The notes beneath the pieces are model-generated. The model saw only the letters and a program-made list of their open reading frames with translations. It was not told where the DNA came from and did no database searches. Position numbers and translations under genes: made by a program. Below, piece after piece: positions 50,841-62,730 of a DNA stretch of 64,000 bases. The first letter of the stretch is position 1. Each line of letters opens with the position of its first letter. Source of the DNA: Stylophora pistillata (lineage: Eukaryota); contig NW_019218633.1 in assembly GCF_002571385.2 (NCBI RefSeq), positions 1 through 64,000 of the forward strand, in the 5' to 3' direction.

Positions 50841-51199
50841 TATCATTAATTGTAAATTGTGTATACTCTCATAGCTGAGCCAGCCCATGAGCTCTTGCCG
50901 CATATCGATGAACATTGCATTTGAAGTAATGTCTGTTTGTATGACATGAGATGTCGACTTTTAATCGGTAACAATGAGCAAAGGTTTGCTTTAAAATTGC
51001 TTAACATTGAGCTAGGTGTAACGAAGCCAAATCCTTGGTTTAAAATCCATCATAGAGAACAGGTTTCGACTCACAAACCGCAATGAAATCTTTTCCAAAA
51101 ATCAAAGTGATTTTCCTAATCATTTGATTTGATATCTTTTTAAATTTCTTACCTATGAACCCGAAGTTCCATTGTCATTGTGCCATTCATTGAAAGAAA

Positions 51200-52570
51200 A
51201 ACTATTAACCAGCTTGTCGAGGGCGATCATGAACGCTTATTAATTGTAATAGCACTAATGGATGCTCTGTGTTACCGCGGCTCTCGGTCAAATCCTTGAC
51301 TACATTTTCCAAAAACGGCTTCAGCGTAAGCGACTAAGTAGCTACCTTAAGTTCACCATGACATGAAAATCATCTTTTCAATCAAAAATAAATTCGAAAT
51401 AGAAGAAAAAAAAAGGAAAAAAAGGATTAGAAAGTGTACGGTGTCTTCCAGTGCAGTTGATATTTACAAAGCAAGGAACGGTTCTCAAACTATTGATAGA
51501 AACCGGGAGAAAAACTTTGAAAAGTGTCTGCCAGCTTTTTGTTCCATTCCTCTTAAATCATAACACAATGTCTGAGAGTTTCATCCCAAGGTTCATATCG
51601 GGAGAGAATGACGTTAATGTCGGCTATGGCGGATCCCACTCATCGGATCCCACTCATCGGATCCCACTCATCGGATCCCACTCATCGGATCCCATAGCAA
51701 CTCACTGACCACTGAAGGAAGCAGTTGGAAGTAGAAGTCTAATCCATTCTCATCTTTTCTGGCGCGGTTACCAGATGGGTGATTAACAAGAGACGAAATG
51801 TAGCGAGAAATATGTGGACTGTGGCAACAGTAATGAAGAATTTCCCACCGAGATGGCAAGAAATCTTCCCTGTGTCTTTCTCGTCTGGTTCTTTAGACAA
51901 CTTGATGAAATACGCTGTCATTGTGATATATTCTTAAAAAAATATATAGTTTTTCTTTGGCGATCAATCATTGATCAGTTGAAATCGTTAAGGATGTTCA
52001 GTTTGCTATATGAAGATCTAAATTTGAAAAGAATGTCTGTGAATTCAATATACCTCAACGGCCTTAGTTATTAACTGTACCATTTCTTCCTCTACAATTC
52101 AAATAAATCATGATCAAGTCACAGGTGAACAACTTGAATTAATTTAAGTTCTGGAAAGCAAAACGGTCGTATCTTAATTTTCTTAATTTTCGAAATATCA
52201 CAATTAAAAAGGTCTGATTTGTCATGCGTTTCTCTACGAAGCAGGTTCCACAGGTAGGTCCATTGTAAGGTGTCAAACGGAGATCTATTGTCAAGTTTAG
52301 AAGAAAGAACATTACGTTTTCGCCGAAGGTGATTGGAACCGGCGGGTTCGATTTGTAATCTTACCTCTCTCTGTCAAATTTAGAATAAACATATCTGACT
52401 GCGAGCCAAAGTGCTCCGTATCTTTCTCCAAAGTAATTATTTTGAGCAAGGTGAAAATTCGTTAGCCATGAATACACAGGAATGTATCGGATGAACGCAT
52501 CGTTCATCATTCCTACCATGTTCATATAGTCCAGGACCCTAAAGATGAACAAGAGACGAGCGATACTTTG
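51200..52570 (-). pseudogene. Degenerate spliced gene of unknown family (second relic at ~46200-47520)
   Basis: Exon 52570-52365 (ttacag|...|gtaaga) is open: QSIARLLFIFRVLDYMNMVGMMNDAFIRYIPVYSW...GERYGALWLAVRYVYSKFDRER, continuing in phase after an ~80-bp intron as SPFDTLQWTYLWNLLRRE; later sequence has stops and frameshifts. Confidence 0.45.
51630..51694. repeat. 14-bp tandem repeat, ~4.6 copies
   Basis: cggatcccactcat repeated. Confidence 0.95.
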
Positions 52571-53359
52571 CTGTAATAGGAATTAAAGAGACGTTCGTCA
52601 CATGCATCATGATTCTTTCTGGTGTTTTAAGCAATCGTACATCAAGACCAGAATGTCTAAGCCCATCTTATAAAGCGCCAAAAATTGCATTGCAATTTAT
52701 TCGTTAGAAGCCGCAATATGGAGAGTTCTCGACCCCTTGTTTTCATTCGACCCAAATTAAGATTCATCCCATAGCAAACTATTCCCATCTTTTACATTTA
52801 CAGGAGTCAAAATGTTGCCAGAGTATTATCCAAAACTGAAAGTACTTCACATCGAGTTTTACAAAAACAAGATTTTATAACACAAAAAGTTCCAGTCTTA
52901 CCATGCCTCAGTGAGTCTACCAGGTACCTGTAATCATAACAAAACATTTCTAACCAAGAAAAACTTGTCTGCGACTTTGTTAAGTTCGTATACCCCGGCT
53001 TTTCTCCGCGTAGTTAAATCAAACGACGGTTAAAGCTTTATCCACTAACAGTATCACACAGCGGAGAAAAATCATTTGTGAGTCAAAGTGTCAAATTTTT
53101 GGTTAAAAGAATTTTGAAAGTAGCTGGCGAATATTGAGGTACGTATTAGTCTCTTGGTCGGTGAGACCACTCCTGATCTTTTTGAAACTGAATCAAAATT
53201 CCGCTTTCTCCGAAGATTATCCATACACTCTGACGTTATTTCGTCTATCCCGTTTAGCACTAGGTTCCATATGATGATAATGCGTAAAAGTCAAGACGCT
53301 GAGAGAGTGACGCACGAAAGAACTGCTTAAGGATCACATGATCACAGTAGAGATAACCC

Positions 53360-56300
53360 ATGCGAATCCAGATCCTTCCTCGCTCAACAGGATCCAGCAG
53401 AGACTTCTACAAGATCTGTCTTGCCGTCTTTATCGTCATCTACGTATTTTTGTGGTTATCAAAGCCTGTAGTGAAAAACGAGCTGGACTTGGCAAGTCAC
53501 AAAACACCCATTCGGATACGAGATATGGTTGCCGTAGATATTACGGCCACAACGGTTGGAAATGAGTTCCCGAGCAAGGAAGTTGCTGATTTCCTCAAAC
53601 ACTGGTGTCGACAAAGACGAGCTAGATGGGATTGGCGGGCCATGATTTTACCATGTATAAACAAAATGCCATGGAACTCGTCAAGAGAGATTGAAAAAAA
53701 TGCCACCGATGCAAATACAAGCTTTATATCACTGTGGGATATTAGGCCCGCCGGGCAATACAGCCGTTTTAGCATCCAGTCTCAGACAAAAGAGGGTCGT
53801 CCCAAAATTGAGGGTGGCGACTCTTGGAGGGTTATTATAAGGGGATCTTCCTCTATTTCTCCAACGGTTATCGATCACGGAAATGGAACATACGAAGTTT
53901 CGTTCCTTGCAGTGGAAGCAGGAGTCTACAGGGCAAATGTGAGTTTGGAATTCACGTCATGCAATGGATTCAAGGACCCTCCGGTTGATTGGTTTATTGT
54001 TGGTAGGTCTGAGATGGGTTTCACTTGCTATTATGTATGTATTTTACATATTAATATTCAAGAATGGCTCGTTCGCCGCAACAAACTATGCTCAGTGAAT
54101 GTTTTAAGGAGGAACAAAATATGTGCTAGTGTTGACTAACTCAGAAGAGGTTTGTCAACATGAGATATTGAGCAACCACTCATAAAGATCCGATCGCTTT
54201 TTTCCTTATTCCCAAGGCAATGCACAAGGAAAATATCAGCGGCATCCAGAAGTTGATGGAAACAAGGACTATCTTCAAGCGCCGTTACGGGGTGGGAGTC
54301 CTGTGGACTTAGTGGTCCCTCCTGCTAAGAATGGTAAGCTTCTGAGTTTTCTAGAAAAATTCAATTCGGTGGTGCAGTTTAATTCTATTGCCGATCTTTT
54401 CTAACATTGACCTACTTGTCACATATTAGTTCACAATTCAGGAAGTAGTGAACTCCCAACTATCGTATTGTTTACCCCTTTTCATAAACGTAACTATTTG
54501 GTGCAGTATGGTATTGATTGCATCAAGGGAATACTACCCAACTTTCTGACCAAGTTTTGTTAAGGAACCTGTTTTCAATTCCAAGCAATTTACCCAATGC
54601 TCTTAAAATCTGTAAGCAATATTCTACTGCTCATATGAGGCGGTTTTTGCTTAACTAAAACTGTTTATTCACTCTGTAAGCGCAAGTTTCCAGCATATCG
54701 AAGGAAGCCATGGGTAGAGAAAGTTGTGAAATCAAATGCAACTTTCTGTGGGACGGATATGGACGATGGGTGCACAATACTTGGAAGCCACATATCAAAG
54801 GTAACTAGTATGATGTACGAATCAACCTTAGCTTTCCTTTAGATGCTCCTTTCATGAGCTTGTCAAACCGGAGGAGCAAGGAGACGCTAACCAGCAAAGT
54901 AGGTAGGCAATAACCTTTTCTGAGCAAAGGTTTGGTAAGGCAAAGTTAAAGGTTTTTTTTTCTTTTCTTTTTTTAGAAATTATTAGCACGCGACCCATTG
55001 GCAGAAAAAGGGGCACTTTGTGGGTTTATGGCGATTCTGTCAACGTTTTCTTTGCCCATTCACTGATGCAAAGAAGAATTTGCAGAGACCTTTTCAAACG
55101 ATGTAATTTCAGTTACAATTGGATTTATCCCGTCAATAATGTTACAGCTGCTAAAAGACAATTTGATAATTTGGATTACAACAATGAAAGAGTTTTGGAA
55201 AACTTTCGTCGCATTGTCTACGATCCTCAAATGGACGAAAACAGTGCCATTATACTAAACTTTGGGCTACATTTCGTTGAAAGCACGAACTTTACGAATT
55301 ACAAGAAACTCATCGTTGGCTTGGTGAGAGTGTTGAAAAATGATCTGATATCGAACGGGACGAGGAGGATATATCGTGGAACGGTTATCTGGAAAGCAAC
55401 CACAGCTATAAACAAAGAAAAAGCAAGTAATACTCATCTTGGACATAAAAGATTTATTACACAGCAGGCAAGTGGACTTCGAGCTGTCTGTAAAACCACT
55501 GCTATCTTCTTCTATGCATTTCTTTCCTTTGGTATTTCAATCTCCATTGATGACTCGCTGAAATGAAATGAACGGGGTCTTGGGAAAGTCTCTAGTAGAT
55601 ATCTCCGTTCATTTCATTCAAACGCGACAAAAACATAGGCAATTTTTTGGTCAGAAGTTCTTTTGAGACTAATGACCAACCAGGCCACTTTTAAATGCGC
55701 TCGTGCACGATGCAAAACGTGTCCTTTCATTCACAACACTGATAAAATATCGGGACCTAAACGATCCATTAAGATCACCGATCACTTCACGTGCACCTCC
55801 GCCAATGTAATGTATTGCATAACTTGCACTTATTGCAAAAAGATATACATCGGCGAAACAGGCAGAAGACTAGGTGACCGATTCCGAGAACACCTGCGAG
55901 ACGTGGAAAGGAATGACAAGGACACATCGAAAGCAGTCGCTTGACATTTTAATTTACCTAATCATTCTAAGCAATATATGGCAATCTGCGGTCTCTCCTT
56001 ACACTTAGGTAGCACGGAAAGCCGTCAAAATCTTGAAAAAAAAGCTCATCTTTCAAACCGGCAGTCTAAATCCCACAGGGATCAACGAACGCTTTTCATT
56101 CCACTAATTTACTCTTGTTTTTCTCGTTCCCATGTTCCCACCAATAACGTAGCTCCATTTTCTGCCTTTAAAAGCACACACAACCCACAATTCCTCTATT
56201 CGCTCCGACGAAGGGCTAACGCTCGAAACGTCAGATTTTGTAATCGTTACGGTGGCCAATTTACCATTTCAACTTTGTTGATATATCCAAATTATTTCTC

Positions 56301-56667
56301 TAGTATACACACTGATTGTGACTTTGGATTTTTTGCTATAGTTGTGCTTGCTTCTACTTATTTTCATTTTCACCGTTTCCATCGTCGTCGTCGTCGTTTT
56401 GTTTCTACCATTTATGTCTGATAACTGATACTTATCTTTTTTGTATTGCCCTTATAGCGCGTTTTGCTGTACAACTCCTATGCTACTACGCAGATGTGTA
56501 GAGCTGGGTTTCTCGTCCTCGATGTCTTCCCTATAACAGATTCTTATCCGCAAGGAACTGGAACTCACGGAGCCCATGGACCTGTCAAGAACGACATCGT
56601 GCACTATAGCAACCTCGCTTTTAGGCCTGCAGAGGAGTTAGTAGAAGAATATTTTGGTGGAAAGTAA
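53360..56667 (+). CDS. NXPE/PC-esterase family type II membrane protein B, 526 aa. Exons 53360-54002, 54217-54333, 54681-54800, 54977-55467, 56458-56667
   Basis: Signal-anchor ICLAVFIVIYVFLW; LWDIRPAGQYSRF, GGDSWRV, VIDHGNGTYEV, WVYGDS, LNFGLH, DIVH; same intron positions as gene A; last intron GC-AG. Confidence 0.8.
55560..56297 (+). mobile_element. Penelope-like retroelement 3' fragment (GIY-YIG endonuclease + terminal repeat) in last intron of gene B
   Basis: C.RARCKTC...FTCTSANVMYCITC..C.KIYIGETGRRLGDRFREH; stops and frameshifts; hammerhead-like ccgacgaagggctaacgctcgaaacgtc at 56205-56232. Confidence 0.9.
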
Positions 56668-58155
56668 CCCTGGAAACTGTTAGAAACTGCAAAAATTGAT
56701 GGCACTAAGGAGATCCAATGAGCTATTCTTTAACTGCAACTAGATACGATATTGCAAAATGATTGACATTGAAACCTGTACTTTTTCATGATATATGGAC
56801 TACAATGACCGCCAGATATGTTTCTCATCACTGAAAAATAAGTTTAAAGGTAGAACTGATATCGGCATGCGCAGTGAGAAAACTACGTTCCTTTCTGTGT
56901 AAAATGCATAATGTATTCTAGCGCGCTGATTGGGAAATAATGATTCCGGACCCCATGGAGGATCATAAATCTGTACAGAAAGGTTTTAATAAACTAAAAA
57001 AAAGCCATTAACTATAGATTGTTTCGAGAAATGACTGTAAAAAAGGCTCAGTATCAGTAGGTTCCTTAAAAAGAAATTAGGGAATTTCATTAGGAAGAAA
57101 AAATGATAGAAAGGTAATTCAAAGACTGACTAGCACCTTAAAAACTCGAAAGGATCACGGAAGGCAATTATATTTTACTAAGGAAAATTGACTCAAATTT
57201 GTTATTAGGTGAATCAGATAAACCCTAAGGATCTCAGAGGCTACAGAGGAACAAAAAATGTAAATACAAAAACCCGGTTTTCTTGAACTCAAATGAATCT
57301 AAAAGGAAGAACTAATATTTTGCTAAAACTTTCTGTTTTTGAAATAAAGCTCCTGAATAACTTAGTTTAGTAAATCGTGTTTATCAAAAGATAAATTCGA
57401 TTTGTAAGTCTTTGAACTCTATCATTTTCACATACATTTGAAAGTTGGATTCTGAATTTCGGAAAGTTTGAATTTCATATCAAAAATTTTTTTCGACCAG
57501 TTCTTAATTGCAAAGCACAGATCTCATTGTGAGCAGAACTTAAGAACACTTGGTGCATTTCCATGCAGGTTGTCAAATTAAAATGAATAACGGTCATAGT
57601 TAATAGAAACATGATCAAATAACCTCAACAAGAGGATCAGATCAATTTCCCTTTGATTGCACCCTGAATGTTTTTTACATTTCATTTCATTTCATTTCAT
57701 GATGGATCCAGCATATTCGACTGAATGCGGTCGTTTCCGTTAAATCTCCATGGCTGTCTCAGTTGTTCGTAATTGCACAAAATTTTTTATGACAAAGTGT
57801 CTTTTTAGCTCAGATTAATATTCAAAGATGCCGTGTGCCATTCCATATTATTAAGCAGATTTAAAAACCAAAAGTTTATTGACGGAAAAACAAAGTCTTA
57901 CTCTAAAAGCCGAACATCGCATATTTTCATCACTGTAGCAAAACAAAGTAGATTATTTTTAGTAATCATGTATAAATGTAAAAGGAAAGTCTTAACAGTA
58001 TATTTTTCGTGCATTCAAAACATTTTCTGACATGATTTACGATCTTTTAGACTTTTAAAAGTCAACTGCGATGTTCAGTTCATTCAAAAGGCTGAGAAAA
58101 TTTCGCTCTTTATTTTTTTAAAATTAGAAAAGAATGCTTCGAATTTTCATAACCA

Positions 58156-58323
58156 TTTGAAATTTCATTTTTCTTATACAGAGTTAGATGTTATGAGGTC
58201 TTTGGATATTTCCACAATACAAAATAATTTAATTTAAAATAATTCAATTTTTGAAATTTCATTCTTTTATACACAGTTAGATGTTATGAGGTTTTTGGAC
58301 ACTTACAAAGTCAAAATAATTTA
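58156..58323. repeat. ~94-bp period tandem duplication
   Basis: tttgaaatttcatt...ttataca.agttagatgttatgagg...caaaataattta twice. Confidence 0.8.
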
Positions 58324-58847
58324 GGTAATAGCTCAAAACACATTTCCCATGTCGGAAGCCATAACTGTGATGAAACCATTGTCTTGAGGAAAAGCAGGAG
58401 ACAAACACATCAAGGAACACGCGCAGATCAAGGTTCATTTCCTTTCACCTATCACTAACGCACGCAAACCTATTTCATTAGTAAAGTAATTGCATAGTAA
58501 TCATTCAAAACAGACCGAATGTCTATGGAAACACTGTACAATTTGGACTTTGCGATGGTAAATGATTGCTACTGAAAAATGATCTTGCCAGAAAAGTAGA
58601 AACCGAATGAACTGTTTATACTGCGAAAGGGGAATTGTGATTGATGGTTGTGAAGAACTTTCAAGATGTGGATATTTTTATTAAAATACTCGGCCGCGGT
58701 GACATTTATAAATCAGGTGGTACTATTCAAATACTGCATGATTCACAAATTGGTTATTCCATATTAACATAGTTGAAGAATTGCGACTGTTGCTTTAAAA
58801 CACGTCAAATTGATGTAAACGAATTTGTTAGAGCCATGCCGGCATAG

Positions 58848-59906
58848 ATGAGTGATCTTGGCTCGAGTTATTTTGTCGTCGTCATGAGTAAAACTCAAAA
58901 GACCACCTTAACTCTTCGAAATGGACAGAATGAGTCTGATCGAAACTCGTTGGAAAAACTTGGAATTGGAATGACAGCAGGGACTGTGGTTAATTTATTT
59001 CTTATACTAATCATCGTGGTAGGAAATGTTCTTGTCATTGCAGCTTATGTAAAAAATCGCCGACTTCACACTGGTACCAATGCACTTATTGTGAGCCTTG
59101 CCTTCTCTGACCTCCTTGTAGGAAGTGCCTCCCTGCCAATCCGAATCTATGGCTTGATAATGAACTGGAAAGTAAGTGTCATTACCATGGCATTTTACGT
59201 CACTGTTGACATCTTCAGCGCCCTTGTGTCAAACTTACACCTCATGGCGATATCCTTTGAGCGTTTCGTAGCCGTTTCAAGACCGTTTTATCACCAGACA
59301 CTCTCCATCAAACCGTATGCGTTTGCGTCGACGTTGTCGTGGATCTTAGGAATTATCGTCGCCTCGTCACATCCTGGAAATTATTTGCGAAACAAAGACG
59401 AACAAGGGCTTAAATTGAAGATTCTCGAAGTATACTCTGCACTATTGTTTACCGTGTGCTTTTTGGGCCCGTTACTGATAATTATTTTTGTAAACATAGG
59501 AATCTTCCGTGTTGCACGAGTTTTAATCCATTGTGCGCCATCACGGAACGGGAGCTTCAAGCAACGAGTCCGTAAAGAGCGCAAGGCTGCATTCACTCTG
59601 CTCGTAATGACAGGATTCTTCTTCGTTGCGTGGACGCCGTTCTTCGTTTTAAACATGTTCTATGTCTATTGTGTTCAGTGTCTCCCTTCTTCGTCTAACG
59701 TCCAGTATGTAATGGTAGACGTTATGAAGTGGCTACATTATTCAAATAGTGCAATCAACCCCGCCATTTATGCCTTTCGTGATGCCGAAATGCGCCGAAC
59801 CTTCGTCAGACTTTTGGGTCCCCTTAGGAGACTTTGTAGAGGTGGTCGTGTCGAGCCGGAATTTCCAAATACACAAGAAGTTCTTGATCTGCACACTCGA
59901 AATTAA
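58848..59906 (+). CDS. Class A GPCR 3, up to 352 aa (start may be ATG 58884), intronless
   Basis: GN, LAFSD, D3.32, FERF, AWTPF, YCVQC, KWLHYSNSAINPAIY. Confidence 0.92.
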   Translation: MSDLGSSYFVVVMSKTQKTTLTLRNGQNESDRNSLEKLGIGMTAGTVVNLFLILIIVVGNVLVIAAYVKNRRLHTGTNALIVSLAFSDLLVGSASLPIRIYGLIMNWKVSVITMAFYVTVDIFSALVSNLHLMAISFERFVAVSRPFYHQTLSIKPYAFASTLSWILGIIVASSHPGNYLRNKDEQGLKLKILEVYSALLFTVCFLGPLLIIIFVNIGIFRVARVLIHCAPSRNGSFKQRVRKERKAAFTLLVMTGFFFVAWTPFFVLNMFYVYCVQCLPSSSNVQYVMVDVMKWLHYSNSAINPAIYAFRDAEMRRTFVRLLGPLRRLCRGGRVEPEFPNTQEVLDLHTRN

Positions 59907-62730
59907 AAAAGGATATCCCTGATGTCCAATTTTAATGAAATCAATAACTAAAGATCCAAAACCAACCAACAAACTAAAGAAACACTTCGCTCCTCGTCAT
60001 TCCAAGGAAATTGTTCTCCACATTACAACCCTGGCCATGAAAACAGAAATTAATCTATACGGAGCACAAGATATGAGATTCGATTTTATTTCAGTCCAAC
60101 TCTTTTGAATTATGTTAGGAAAGCGCGACTGCCGCCTTCTGAGTTAAACTGGCTTGGCAACACAGTGCTCGGTTCAGACAAAAATCAAACGGGAAAAAAG
60201 CATGTTAAACTTTGGGAAGAAAAAATAATAAACCAAAGTTCCCTTGATATTTACGAGAAAAATAAGAGTTTTCTGAAGTGAATACTGGGAATTCTAGTTC
60301 TAAGCTGAATTAATAAGTTCAAGCATTACACAAGGCTTAATCGTAATTACACTGTGCAATAGTAGCTGAGCCGTAAGAGACAGTGTCAACAATTTTTTCA
60401 CATCAGCATAAGAAAAGCAATTCTTACACTTTAATTGATTCTTTTCAAATTCAAAAGCTCGTTAATGGTCATGTTACGTAGTATGACGTGATTACGTAAT
60501 ATTAAGCCCCTTGAACTGACACTCGATCTACGCTTTCGTTTACCATTTGTGCGTTTTTGTTTTTGAATCTGTTTATATAGTGATTTCTTTATTTTATGTG
60601 TTTATTTATTAATATTTTGTTTTTGTCTTATTTCATTCGAATTTCTTTTTACTCTTTCGGCTCTGTTTTATTTAAAAATTTTTAAAATTCTTTCCTTTAC
60701 ATTCTTACTTTTGATGTATGCATATTGGCTTTAGGGTTCAAGGAACCGACGACTGTTACCTCTTTAGGCTGACAGTCATTAGCCTTTTCTTTTCGTGGGC
60801 GCGGTGATTTATGCTTTGTCCTGCAGTTACCTTTTGGTGACTGTGTATCAAAAAAAAAACAAAAAAAGGGAGAGAGAAAGAGCAGTTTATTAAATCAAAT
60901 TGAATATACCAAGCCGAACTGATGTCGCTGTTGTTGTATTCCTTCATTGCTTACTGATCATGCAAATACCTTGTATGAAATAGAAATGTAATTTCGCGGA
61001 AAAAGTGATAAAATTCGGATAGAAATAACAATAGTAATAAAATATCATCGGTAATCCGGAGGTTTTTGGTTAAATTCCTTGTCAAGAACGTAGAGATTTA
61101 CTTTTCTTCCTACTAGTGATAGATAAAGCTGATCGATATGTTTGAAAAATAAATTAACATTCTAGCCCTCCTAATGAAATATGAAAGTAAGGCCATCTTC
61201 GAGATGGTCTAGGCCTCTTGCTTTTAAAAAATTTCTCTCTCTCTCTCTGTCATAATTAAAACTCATTTTCGCAAGAAATGGTTTTGTGTTGGCACTCAAT
61301 GAGGAAAGGTTTTTTTTTTACACTCAAAAACGGCCTGTTCATTAGACTGTATTTACATTAGCATGTGCACTACATAGAGAAGTCGAAAGCATAGAAATAA
61401 TAAATTGAGAAATGTAGTTCGCATCCGCTTGGATAACCTCTTCGAAACTGGTTAAAAAGTAGGTTAGGGTATACACTCTTTTCCTATACAGAATCAAAGA
61501 TCGAGAATTGTTTTATTTTACAAATCTCTCGATCTTCATTTTATTGCTTTCAACCTTTTATTGATAAGGACATTTGTGTGTTAAAAATCTGTTCTGAGAT
61601 TGTTTATATGCCCCAGGAAAATATTCTTTATTATTACTAATACTGTGGCACGAAAAAACTTGTTGTTTTAGATAGAGTGTAAAAATCGAACTTTTGTAAC
61701 TTATGCTTTACCACAATGATATAGATTCAGACCGTTCTTATAAATTTTGGATCTCAATCTACTCAGCCAGCTACTTAATTTGCGTCTTTGTTCTTAGTGG
61801 TAACCAATGGATGGTTCATGACTGTATCTTGTGTTTAGCGTAGGACGAAAAAGTAATCGAAGTTCTGACACTTGCGTTTTGATTTATTTGTATTTCATTA
61901 AAAAATGACTTTTGGTATCGCTTTTCCACATTTTTATTTCATTTAATCGCAAGACAACTCTCAACAAAATGGTTTAAATATACATTTAGACAACTGAAAA
62001 CATTTCCAAATATCTCTACACTTACTTGTAACTCCGGATCCCTGTTTTTGAACTGTTTTCTGTTCACTAGCCTCATGGGCGAAATCAAAGGTTTTACATA
62101 ATAAAATTTGTGAACATTCAATTACATGTTTGTCGCTTTTTAAAGCTTTTGGCGATTTGTATCTTTACTTCTGGGGTTATCACCTTTCTCCATTTTCTGA
62201 GGAAATAAGTCTCAACTGTTGTTTCGAGTTCTATTCTCTTTCAATTACCAGAACGTTCTTAAGTCAACAAAACTTCCGTAACACTATTGAAACGGAGTAT
62301 TCTTTGACAAGGTGGAAATCCGCTCTTCGGTTACCTGATAATATATTCAATCGAGACGAGTAAAATGAACGTGCAGTCGTAAAATATTTCGACCGAAAGA
62401 TGCGGTAATCGGAATGCAGGCCTAGCAAACCGCTTATCTACAAGTGTCGCAACAGTAATCTCCCTAAAGAAATAGATTTCAACACCCATGGAAAGTAACA
62501 ATTATATTGTTTCCATAAACTGATTTATGTAAAGGGTAAAAGAAAAAGAAAAATTGACAAGCAGCTGTTTATACCGGAAAAGAAGTTTTAAAAACGTCAA
62601 TCACCGAGTGTGCTTGATTTATGTCTTTTTTTCTTTCATCTAAAACTCGTCGCTTTGATTGGAACTGATTTTTTATCATCTCAGAGTTATTGACGGTGAG
62701 GCGTAACAAGGTGAGGAAAAACGTCGAAAC

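Larger units (their letters stand above)
50850..54002. repeat. Tandem segmental duplication, copy 2
   Basis: See copy 1. Confidence 0.9.

Noticed and set aside
8675-51694. CRISPR-like arrays at the short repeats (8675, 23100, 51630)
   Set aside because: Head-to-tail repeats without unique spacers, in eukaryotic DNA with no cas genes.
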